The notes beneath the pieces are model-generated. The model was not told where the DNA came from, searched no databases, and was given only the letters and a program-made list of their open reading frames with translations. A DNA stretch of 64,000 nucleotides from a virus (Duplodnaviria; Heunggongvirae; Uroviricota; Caudoviricetes), in IMG/VR virus record IMGVR_UViG_3300042564_003265; one strand, given 5' to 3'. A program made the translations under genes and the position numbers. Of the stretch, positions 54,020 to 62,697 are shown in pieces. Position 1 is the stretch's first letter. The number at the start of each line of letters is the position of its first letter.

Positions 54020-55375
54020 ATGAAGAAAAAGATATTATTACTGTCTGATGATTTAAGAATGACATCAGGTATCGCCACTATGTCTAAAGAGTTAGTGTTG
54101 GGTACCATTCACAAATATGATTGGGTTCAATTGGGTGCGGCAATTCACCATCCTGAGATTGGTAAAATTGTTGATGTCAATGATGATGTTAGAGAAAAAA
54201 CAGGTGTTGAGGATGCTAGTTTAAAAATCTACACAAGTAATGGTTATGGTGATATTCATACATTAAGAAAAATTATTGATATCGAAAAACCGGATGCCAT
54301 TCTACACTTCACGGACCCACATTATTGGCAATGGTTATATGATAACGAACACGAAATAAGACAACAGGTTCCGATATTATATTACCATATTTGGGATGAT
54401 TTACCTGACCCGAAATACAACAGAGACTATTATGAAAGTTGTGATTGGATTGGATGTATTTCTAAACAAACATATGGTATTGTTCATAGAGTTGGTAAGA
54501 TGATTGACAAAGCAACTTACAAACCTTTAGAAGATTGGCAAATTAGTTATGTTCCTCACGGAATTAATCCAAATGTTTTTAAACCTTTGGAAACCGTTAG
54601 TGATGACATAAAGAAATTATTATTCGGAGACAAGGAATATGATTTTATTTTATTCTACAACAACAGAAACATAAGAAGGAAGCAACCATCTGATGTGATT
54701 TATTCTTATAAACTATTCTGTGATAGTTTAACAAAAGAACAATCTGAGAAATGTTTGCTATTGATGCACACAGCCGCGGTGGATGAGAATGGAACAGATT
54801 TACCTGCAGTGATTGAAGCGTTATGTCCTTACGATGTTAAGTTCACCGGTTTGAAATTAGAACAGGACAGATTAAATGAAATTTACAATCTTGTTGATTG
54901 TACTATCAATATTGCAAACAACGAAGGATTTGGTTTGACAACCGCAGAATCGTTGATGGCGGGTACACCAATCATAGTTAACGTAACCGGTGGATTACAA
55001 GACCAATGTGGTTTTAATTACACCGCAGACAACTATATAACATTTGGAACATTACACAATAGAAAAACACACGGTTCAACAATACACGGTGAGTGGGTTG
55101 TACCTGTTTGGCCATCTGCAATCAATTTAAATGGTTCTGTACCAACACCGTACATTTTCGATGATAGAGTAAATGATGAAGAAGTTGCCGGCGCGATTAG
55201 TAAAGTTTATGAATGGTCGAAAGAAGAAAGAAAAGAAAGAGGATTGAAGGGTAGAGAATTTATGATACAAAACCTTTCGTCAGAAATTATGGCAAATACT
55301 TTAATTAAAGGTATTGAACAAACATTTCAAAATTATAAACCAAAAAAGAGATTTGACTTATACAAGATAGTTTAA
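54020..55375 (+). CDS. glycosyltransferase, GT4 (group 1) family
   Basis: C-terminal EX7E-type signature NNEGFGLTTAESLMAGTPIIV. Confidence 0.65.
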   Translation: MKKKILLLSDDLRMTSGIATMSKELVLGTIHKYDWVQLGAAIHHPEIGKIVDVNDDVREKTGVEDASLKIYTSNGYGDIHTLRKIIDIEKPDAILHFTDPHYWQWLYDNEHEIRQQVPILYYHIWDDLPDPKYNRDYYESCDWIGCISKQTYGIVHRVGKMIDKATYKPLEDWQISYVPHGINPNVFKPLETVSDDIKKLLFGDKEYDFILFYNNRNIRRKQPSDVIYSYKLFCDSLTKEQSEKCLLLMHTAAVDENGTDLPAVIEALCPYDVKFTGLKLEQDRLNEIYNLVDCTINIANNEGFGLTTAESLMAGTPIIVNVTGGLQDQCGFNYTADNYITFGTLHNRKTHGSTIHGEWVVPVWPSAINLNGSVPTPYIFDDRVNDEEVAGAISKVYEWSKEERKERGLKGREFMIQNLSSEIMANTLIKGIEQTFQNYKPKKRFDLYKIV

Positions 55376-55376
55376 T

Positions 55377-56624
55377 ATGAAACCATTTTTATTATTTAGA
55401 GGACCAGTTAAAACAAGAAGTGGATATGGTGCACATTCGAGAGATTTATTACAAGCACTATATGAAATGGATATATTCGAAATTAAGATTGATAGTTGTA
55501 TGTGGGGGGTAACTCCGATGACTGCACTCGAAAAGGATAATCAATTCCATATGTGGATAGAATCAAACATTGTTAGGTCACTCAATACCACACCCGACAT
55601 CTATGTTCAAGTTACTGTACCAAATGAATTCGAGAGAAAAGGAAAATTTAACATAGGAATTACTGCAGGTATTGAGACCACGGTCGCTCCTAAAGATTGG
55701 ATTGACGGATGTAATAGAATGGATTTAATCATTACTACATCGAAATTCTCAAGAGATGTTTTATTATCAACAGTTTACAATGAGAATGAAAACAACACAG
55801 GTAAGTTAGTTAAACAATATAAGATAGAGAAACCGGTCGAAGTATTATTTGAAGGTGTTGATGTATCCATTTTCAATAATGAATTTAAAGGTATTGACAT
55901 TGATATAGAAGAAGACTTTGCATATTTGTTTGTTGGTCATTGGTTAAAGGGTTCACTTGGTCAGGATAGAAAAGATGTTGGTATGATGATTAAATGTTTT
56001 ATGGAAGCATTTAAAGATGAGGAAGACAAACCCGCATTGATTTTAAAAACATCATCAGCAACTTTCTCAGTTAAAGAAAGAGAAAATATGAGGAGAAAGA
56101 TTGAGGACATTACAAAGGGTTATGAAAATCCTCCATCGGTTTATCTATTGTTTGGTGAGTTAACGAACCAAGAAATGAATGAACTATACAATCATCCAAA
56201 GGTTAAGTCTATGGTGTCAATAACTAAGGGTGAAGGATTCGGTAGACCTCTATTAGAATTTTCAATGACAGGTAAACCAATCATCGCATCGAATTGGTCA
56301 GGACATAAGGACTTTCTTCCAATGGATAAAGCAATTATGATTGGTGGGACATTAACTGATGTTCACGAAAGTACTGTGGATAATTTCATTCTTAAAAATT
56401 CCAAATGGTTTACAGCAAACTATAATGAATTTGCTGAAGTGTTAAAATTAGTTAAGAAAGATTATCAAGAGTTTAAAGAAAAGTCTGAATTGTTAAGAGA
56501 GGAAAATAAGGAAAAGTTTTCTTTAAATAATATGAAAGAAGTATTCTCTAATTTACTTAAACCATACACAAATAAACCAAAAGAGCATAAATTAGTTCTA
56601 CCTAAATTAACAAAAATTAAATAA
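55377..56624 (+). CDS. glycosyltransferase, GT4 (group 1) family
   Basis: KGEGFGRPLLEFSMTGKPIIAS signature. Confidence 0.65.
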   Translation: MKPFLLFRGPVKTRSGYGAHSRDLLQALYEMDIFEIKIDSCMWGVTPMTALEKDNQFHMWIESNIVRSLNTTPDIYVQVTVPNEFERKGKFNIGITAGIETTVAPKDWIDGCNRMDLIITTSKFSRDVLLSTVYNENENNTGKLVKQYKIEKPVEVLFEGVDVSIFNNEFKGIDIDIEEDFAYLFVGHWLKGSLGQDRKDVGMMIKCFMEAFKDEEDKPALILKTSSATFSVKERENMRRKIEDITKGYENPPSVYLLFGELTNQEMNELYNHPKVKSMVSITKGEGFGRPLLEFSMTGKPIIASNWSGHKDFLPMDKAIMIGGTLTDVHESTVDNFILKNSKWFTANYNEFAEVLKLVKKDYQEFKEKSELLREENKEKFSLNNMKEVFSNLLKPYTNKPKEHKLVLPKLTKIK

Positions 56625-56884
56625 TGTCATTTAAATTTTTAAGAGGAGAAGAATACTTTACGACTTTAAATTTAGAACCGACACAAGTTTTATCATTACG
56701 ACCTCATAGATTTATCGATAATGTTGAATTTTGTTTTCAGTTTAATGATGAGGAACCAGTTGTATTTGCTACAGGCCCAAACGAATGTCATATAACAATA
56801 AACCCAACAGTTGATGGCAATATGACATTCACCGATAACGATAGAACATTTAAACTATTCGCAAGAGAAAGAGAAAATGATTAA
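56624..56884 (+). CDS. FKF-motif family small protein (MSFKFLRGEE)
   Basis: N-terminal family motif, on the plus strand within the glycosyltransferase cassette. Confidence 0.45.
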   Translation: MSFKFLRGEEYFTTLNLEPTQVLSLRPHRFIDNVEFCFQFNDEEPVVFATGPNECHITINPTVDGNMTFTDNDRTFKLFAREREND

Positions 56885-57092
56885 AGATTTTAAATTTTTT
56901 CACGGAATTGTTAACGTCAAAATGAGATTAGTTTGGCCTGAGGATATGGAAGACCTTAATACCCGTCAAGCCATCGACGCAGAAAATGAATTAACAAGAT
57001 TGTTAAGTGAGGAAATTGCCAGAAGTGTTGACGATGAAGTTTTACGAATGTTAACCAGAAGAATAAACGGAGGATATAATCAAATAGCATAA
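56877..57092 (+). CDS. FKF-motif family small protein (MIKDFKFFHG)
   Basis: N-terminal family motif. Confidence 0.45.
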   Translation: MIKDFKFFHGIVNVKMRLVWPEDMEDLNTRQAIDAENELTRLLSEEIARSVDDEVLRMLTRRINGGYNQIA

Positions 57093-57095
57093 AAT

Positions 57096-57716
57096 ATGAT
57101 ACTAAGTTACGCAATTACAATTTGTAATGAATTGGAAGAAATTAAAAGACTATTACCGTTCTTACTTGAGAAGAAAGGTGTTCAAGATGAAATCGTAATT
57201 CTTTTTGATGAGAAGAACGGGAGTCCTGAAGTTCTTGAATACTTGTTAACGTTTAATAAGTTACCGAATGTTCAAACTTGGAGAGGATTTGACTTTGAAA
57301 ACAATTTTGCTGATTGGAAAAATAAACTATCAGATTACTGCAAAGGTGATTACATATTCCAAATTGATGCGGATGAACTGATTAGTGAGATGTTTATGAT
57401 TAATATTAAATCTATATTGGAATCGAATCCTGAAGTTGATTTATATTATCTATCAAGAATAAACATAGTTGACGGTATAACCGATGAACATATTAGGAAA
57501 TGGGGATGGAGTGTGAACCAAAGAGGATGGATTAACTTCCCTGATAAACAAGGAAGAATCTTTAAAAAGAATTTAAGATGGTATGGTAGAGTTCACGAAA
57601 GAATAATGGGTGCCGAAACAGTAACCTCATTACCAAGTGATGAAGATTTCTGTATCATTCACCATAAGAATATTGAAAGACAAGAGAAACAAAATAATTT
57701 TTACACAACAATTTAA
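57096..57716 (+). CDS. glycosyltransferase family 2-like
   Basis: N-terminal SYAITICNE and the DxD motif QIDADE. Confidence 0.45.
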   Translation: MILSYAITICNELEEIKRLLPFLLEKKGVQDEIVILFDEKNGSPEVLEYLLTFNKLPNVQTWRGFDFENNFADWKNKLSDYCKGDYIFQIDADELISEMFMINIKSILESNPEVDLYYLSRINIVDGITDEHIRKWGWSVNQRGWINFPDKQGRIFKKNLRWYGRVHERIMGAETVTSLPSDEDFCIIHHKNIERQEKQNNFYTTI

Positions 57717-57717
57717 G

Positions 57718-58719
57718 ATGAAGATATTAATTACAGGAGTTGCCGGTTTATTAGGTTCAAGATTGGTTGACTATATTGTTGAGAATCACCCCGGTACTGA
57801 AATTGTCGGTATTGATGATTTAAGTGGTGGTTACTTTGAGAATGTTAACCCTAAGATAACCGAGTTTAGAAAATTTAATTTAGTTGATGGGAACATCTCA
57901 GGATGTTTTGAAGAACATAAATTTGATTACGTTTATCATTTCGCAGCATACGCTGCTGAAGGATTGTCACCATTCATTAGAACGTACAACTATCAAAACA
58001 ATTTAGTTGCAACTTCACGTATCATTACTGAATGTATAAAACACAACGTTAAGAGATTGGTGTTTACATCAACGTTAGCTGTGTATGGTCATCAAGATGG
58101 TAATATGTTTGATGAGGCCCAAGTACCAAAACCTATTGACCCATATGGTGTGGCGAAGTATGGTTGTGAAATGGATATACAAATTGCCGGTGAACAACAC
58201 GGATTAGATTGGTGTATCATTCGTCCACACAATGTGTTTGGTGTTAAACAAAACATATGGGACAAATATAGAAACGTATTGGGTATATGGATGTATCAAC
58301 ATATGATTGGTGAACCAATGACAATCTTTGGTGACGGTACTCAAACAAGAGCGTTTAGTTATATTGATGATAGTTTAGAACCATTATGGAAAGCATCACA
58401 AGATGAAAGAGCAAGTAAACAAATAATTAACCTCGGAGGTATTAAAGAATATTCAATTAACGAAGCCAATGAAATATTAAGAGAAGTAGTTGGTGGTGGT
58501 TCGGTTCAATATTATGAACAACGACACGAAGTTAAACATTCAATACCGACTTGGCAGAAGTCAATAGACCTATTAGACTTTGAGTTTAAGACGGATTTAA
58601 AAGATGGGTTAACAAAGATGTGGGAATGGGCAAAGAAACAACCTGTAAGAGAGAGATTCGTGTGGCCATCTTACGAATTAGATAAAGGAATTTATTCATT
58701 TTGGAAAACTAAAAAATAA
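57718..58719 (+). CDS. NAD-dependent nucleotide-sugar epimerase/dehydratase (extended SDR)
   Basis: MKILITGVAGLLGSRL (GxxGxxG Rossmann) and YHFAAYAAEG. The track ORF starts 81 nt upstream. Confidence 0.75.
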   Translation: MKILITGVAGLLGSRLVDYIVENHPGTEIVGIDDLSGGYFENVNPKITEFRKFNLVDGNISGCFEEHKFDYVYHFAAYAAEGLSPFIRTYNYQNNLVATSRIITECIKHNVKRLVFTSTLAVYGHQDGNMFDEAQVPKPIDPYGVAKYGCEMDIQIAGEQHGLDWCIIRPHNVFGVKQNIWDKYRNVLGIWMYQHMIGEPMTIFGDGTQTRAFSYIDDSLEPLWKASQDERASKQIINLGGIKEYSINEANEILREVVGGGSVQYYEQRHEVKHSIPTWQKSIDLLDFEFKTDLKDGLTKMWEWAKKQPVRERFVWPSYELDKGIYSFWKTKK

Positions 58720-58722
58720 TAT

Positions 58723-59346
58723 ATGATAAGTGTTATAATGCCGACGATGTTCGTGCCAGATGGTATTGTTGAATTAGTTAAAGAAGTTACCTCACATCCA
58801 TTAGTTAGTGAGTTAATTTTAATCGACAATACAAATGATGATGAGATTCACATTAAAGAATCAATACCTAAACTTGTTTACATTAAAGAAGGTAAGAATA
58901 CATACGTAAACCCTGCTTGGAACAAAGGGGTTACAATTGCCAAAGAAGATAAGTTGATGTTCTTAAATGATGACATCACAACAGATTGGTCATTAATCGA
59001 TACTATTCACGATAGTATAACCGAAGAAAAAGGAATCATTGGATTAGGTGAGGGTTGTTGGACAGAACCAAGAGGTAGATTTATGTTAACACCAATCTAC
59101 CAATTAATTGGTGGGTTCGCTTGTCTGTTCTTCATACATAAGAAATCTTATAGAATGATACCTCCTGATATTAAGGTATGGTATGGTGATAACTTTTTAA
59201 TCCATAAAGGACCAAAACAAGCATTTCAAATATTGAATTGGAAAATGGGTGGTCACATTTCAAAAACAGTTTTAAAACCTGAATTTAGTCCGGTCATTAG
59301 AGAAGATGGTGTGGCTTGGGCAAACGTAATATCAAGAATGAGATGA
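58723..59346 (+). CDS. glycosyltransferase family 2-like
   Basis: MISVIMPT ... LILIDNTNDDE. Confidence 0.45.
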   Translation: MISVIMPTMFVPDGIVELVKEVTSHPLVSELILIDNTNDDEIHIKESIPKLVYIKEGKNTYVNPAWNKGVTIAKEDKLMFLNDDITTDWSLIDTIHDSITEEKGIIGLGEGCWTEPRGRFMLTPIYQLIGGFACLFFIHKKSYRMIPPDIKVWYGDNFLIHKGPKQAFQILNWKMGGHISKTVLKPEFSPVIREDGVAWANVISRMR

Positions 59347-60455
59347 GTATATCCTTAGTGATGGCGGTCTACAATAAATTAGACCTAACAAAAAAATGTT
59401 ATGAAAGAGTTCGTGAACTTTATCCTGAATCACCATTTGTAATTAGTAGTGGTGGTTCAAGTGATGGAACAAAAGAATGGTTAGAATCATTAGATGATGA
59501 ACACCTATCTTATATACACGACGATGATAGATTAACATTTTCTGACACATACAATGCAGGTATTAAATTGGTTGATACTGATAAGTTAGTATTGATACAT
59601 AACGATATGGTGTTGGGTGAACAGTTTCTTGAAAATTTGGAAACTTTATTGGACGAGAATCCAAATACTTTAATCTCATATACAACAGTTGAACCTCCTA
59701 TTTTCAAGGGACATATGAGAGCTGGTAAAGTTCTCTTAGACTTGGGTTCGGGGTTTGATGATTTTAATTATTTCCATTTTAATAATTTTGTTAATCAATG
59801 GAAGGGTAGTAAAAATCTTTACAACGGTGCAGTATTTTTTATGTCAGGAACCAAAAAAATGTTTGATGATATTGGTGGTTTCGATGGGTTTAGTTTTGTA
59901 CCGGCATTTTGTGAAGATGATGACTTCTTACTTCGTGCGAAACTAAAAGGATATGAATTAAAAACTTGCGACTCTGCTATAGTTTATCATTTTGTTTCGC
60001 AGACATCAAGATTCAGTGATGACTACAAGAAAGATAGAATGTTATATGAAGTCTCATCAAATAGAAACTTTGTTAGAAAATGGGGCATACCATTCTCATC
60101 GTTTAATGAACTTAGATTTTGGGAGGAAAAAGATTTTAAATACAAGACATTCACTATGGGTTTAACAACCAATAGTCGAAACAGACTTATGGAGATTGAA
60201 CCATTCTTCGATAAAATCGAATTAGGGACGATTCCTGAGGATTACATTCAAAATGAACAGAAGAATACTCGTTATGATTTAAGGTCGAAATTTACGTTCA
60301 CAGACAACGTAGATGTGATGATTTATGAAACTTCACCATTCGATGACAATGACGTTAGAACATTACACAAATTAAGGTTATCTATACCTTACTACGAACC
60401 GGGTGAGTATGAAATTGGTAATATGTTAATAGAAATAAAAAAGGAGGTTATTTAA
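59316..60455 (+). CDS. glycosyltransferase family 2
   Basis: ISLVMAVYNKLDLTKKCYERV and SGGSSDGT (GT2 DxD region). Confidence 0.5.
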   Translation: MGKRNIKNEMSISLVMAVYNKLDLTKKCYERVRELYPESPFVISSGGSSDGTKEWLESLDDEHLSYIHDDDRLTFSDTYNAGIKLVDTDKLVLIHNDMVLGEQFLENLETLLDENPNTLISYTTVEPPIFKGHMRAGKVLLDLGSGFDDFNYFHFNNFVNQWKGSKNLYNGAVFFMSGTKKMFDDIGGFDGFSFVPAFCEDDDFLLRAKLKGYELKTCDSAIVYHFVSQTSRFSDDYKKDRMLYEVSSNRNFVRKWGIPFSSFNELRFWEEKDFKYKTFTMGLTTNSRNRLMEIEPFFDKIELGTIPEDYIQNEQKNTRYDLRSKFTFTDNVDVMIYETSPFDDNDVRTLHKLRLSIPYYEPGEYEIGNMLIEIKKEVI

Positions 60456-60468
60456 CCTCCTTATTTTT
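60441..60468. terminator. bidirectional rho-independent terminator between convergent genes
   Basis: AAGGAGGTTA ttt AACCTCCTT, 9-10-bp stem with T-runs on both sides. Confidence 0.6.
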
Positions 60469-60915
60469 AATTAGTCTAAATAGAACTAAGTAATTGTCAT
60501 TTGTTTTCCCTGCATTTTTTAAATCTTCTTTGGTGATTTCAGGATATTCAACTTCAATCTCCTTATCTAAAAGTTCACCAAATTCCTTATCGAACTCAAG
60601 ATAAACAGGATTAATTTTTCTACCGATTATTTCACCCAAGTCATTCTTTACATCAAGGTACATATTAACATAGATTCCTCCCTTTCCATCATCTTCACCA
60701 TATTTTTTCACCAATTCATCTTTAATTGAATCGACCTTTTTTCTTTCTTTTGTTAAGAACTCAATGGTTTCTCTTAAGTCGTATTTTAAAATGACTGATA
60801 GATTTTGATTAATGAATCCTTCGTAAAAAACTTCTCCGTTTTCAGGGTTTCTAAATCCGTTAAGTTCACTTTCTAATTGAAGTGCGTCTTTTAATTTTAA
60901 TGTTATCTTTTCCAT
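60448..60915 (-). CDS. hypothetical protein
   Basis: ORF. Confidence 0.45.
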   Translation of the reverse strand: MEKITLKLKDALQLESELNGFRNPENGEVFYEGFINQNLSVILKYDLRETIEFLTKERKKVDSIKDELVKKYGEDDGKGGIYVNMYLDVKNDLGEIIGRKINPVYLEFDKEFGELLDKEIEVEYPEITKEDLKNAGKTNDNYLVLFRLIKNKEVK

Positions 60916-60955
60916 AAACTAATAATACTAAAAATGATTGTAAAAGTCAATATTA

Positions 60956-61324
60956 TTATGACTCTTTAGGGAATTGAGTTTTAACATCATTTATTGTTTG
61001 AAACCATTCTCCTGTTGTTGTAATGGTACCATTCTGATTAATCTCGTGCCATAGCATATCTAATTGTTCTCCCAATTCAGGATAATGAATTCTTCTCATT
61101 GCATCATAAGGAGGGACAAATGATGGGTCAGGAAGTGGTGTGTATTCGAACTCTTGTTCTACCCAATCTTCCTCAGGTTCCACATCCGCCAAAATCGTGT
61201 GTATATCACCATTCGGTGCCACATATCTTTTATATTGGTCGATAACCTCAACCCAAGAATCTTGTGGAGTTTCTCCATCAAGTAAATGGTGCATAACACC
61301 TAAACTGTCTATAAATTTTCTCAT
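60956..61324 (-). CDS. hypothetical protein
   Basis: ORF. Confidence 0.45.
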   Translation of the reverse strand: MRKFIDSLGVMHHLLDGETPQDSWVEVIDQYKRYVAPNGDIHTILADVEPEEDWVEQEFEYTPLPDPSFVPPYDAMRRIHYPELGEQLDMLWHEINQNGTITTTGEWFQTINDVKTQFPKES

Positions 61325-61336
61325 ATATTTAAATTT

Positions 61337-61825
61337 TTATTGTACCGGTCCTCCGTAATAGTTACCACTATCACTTGTTTGAATTACTGAAATTATACTT
61401 ACGTTTGATTGTGTAACATCACTTCTAGTTGCATAAGCATTTAATGTAAATCCATTATAATAGTTACTACCATTTGCATATGCCCTTAACACAATGTAAC
61501 CATCAGATGCTACATACACTCCGTGTGCGGACATACCAGGGTATTGATTTCGTAATCCAATATTATATAAAAATCCATTAGTATACGGCATACCTGCAGT
61601 ACTAATGTGAAATCCCCAAGCACATCTGATAGGTGCTGCAACACCATAGTTATACCCAACAGCTTCAAACATCCACATATTATAAGTGGTTGCACCAATT
61701 AGGTTTGTCTTCATATGAATATACAATGGACTACCGGCAGTTGTGTTAAAGTTAAAAATGTACTTTTGTTGAAAGTACCAACTACTAACCGATGATATTC
61801 TAAAAGGTGGTGTTAAAATTGCCAT
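61337..61825 (-). CDS. Gly/Tyr/Asn-rich adhesin-like protein, tandem paralog 3
   Basis: Core FEAVGYNYGVAAPIRCAWGF shared with the two upstream genes. Confidence 0.5.
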   Translation of the reverse strand: MAILTPPFRISSVSSWYFQQKYIFNFNTTAGSPLYIHMKTNLIGATTYNMWMFEAVGYNYGVAAPIRCAWGFHISTAGMPYTNGFLYNIGLRNQYPGMSAHGVYVASDGYIVLRAYANGSNYYNGFTLNAYATRSDVTQSNVSIISVIQTSDSGNYYGGPVQ

Positions 61826-61828
61826 ATA

Positions 61829-62269
61829 TTAATAATAAGTTGCTGCCGATGTTTGAACCGCCGACACCACGGATGTTATGGTTCCATAACCATTTCCTGC
61901 AGTATTGTAAGCATTTAATGTGAATCCACAATAATACAAACTACTAGCGTATGCAACAATTACGATTTTATTATCTGCAGCAACATAGTGACTATGTGCC
62001 GTTAATCCATCATAAGCCGAGTTCTGAACATTACCAAAAAAGTAACTGTAACAGTAGAAATTCCAAGCACATCTAACAGGTGCAGAAACACCATAGTTAT
62101 AACCAACCGCCTCAATCATAATCATTGCATATGATTGGTGTGTGATGTTTAATTTCATATGGTAATATTGACCACCACCTGATGATAGATTGGCAACATT
62201 ATATATTCCCAACTGTTCTAAATAACCACCATCCGGATATATCCCCGTACCACTTGCTAAATTTGCCAT
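61829..62269 (-). CDS. Gly/Tyr/Asn-rich adhesin-like protein, tandem paralog 2
   Basis: IEAVGYNYGVSAPVRCAWNF. Confidence 0.5.
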   Translation of the reverse strand: MANLASGTGIYPDGGYLEQLGIYNVANLSSGGGQYYHMKLNITHQSYAMIMIEAVGYNYGVSAPVRCAWNFYCYSYFFGNVQNSAYDGLTAHSHYVAADNKIVIVAYASSLYYCGFTLNAYNTAGNGYGTITSVVSAVQTSAATYY

Positions 62270-62697
62270 TAATAATAATTTCCTGCGTTATCTGTTTGAA
62301 CACTAGCGGTCACACTAACTTCAAAATTATATCCTGTCGGATTTAAACAATAAGCATTTAACACCCAACCACTATAGTATGATGCACAGTTTGCTCTAAT
62401 TACCACATAACCATCTGATGATGTGTAAACTCCGTGAGCACTCATTCCACCATACACGTTTGATGTTCCGATACTAATCGTACTATTACTACCGGCGTAT
62501 GCGTAAAAACTCCAAGCACATCTAATTGCTTGATTCGCCCCATACGCATAACCAACAGCTTCGATAGTACACATAATATTATTCATATTAATGTTAGTCT
62601 TATAATGGAAATAGTTATTTCCACCATAGTACCTATCTTTAAAAAATCCCAACTGGACGCCAGGTGCTGGTCTGGTATTTCCTAGTAGGTTAGCCAT
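62269..62697 (-). CDS. Gly/Tyr/Asn-rich adhesin-like protein, tandem paralog 1
   Basis: IEAVGYAYGANQAIRCAWSF. Immediately downstream of the tail-fibre gene. Confidence 0.5.
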   Translation of the reverse strand: MANLLGNTRPAPGVQLGFFKDRYYGGNNYFHYKTNINMNNIMCTIEAVGYAYGANQAIRCAWSFYAYAGSNSTISIGTSNVYGGMSAHGVYTSSDGYVVIRANCASYYSGWVLNAYCLNPTGYNFEVSVTASVQTDNAGNYY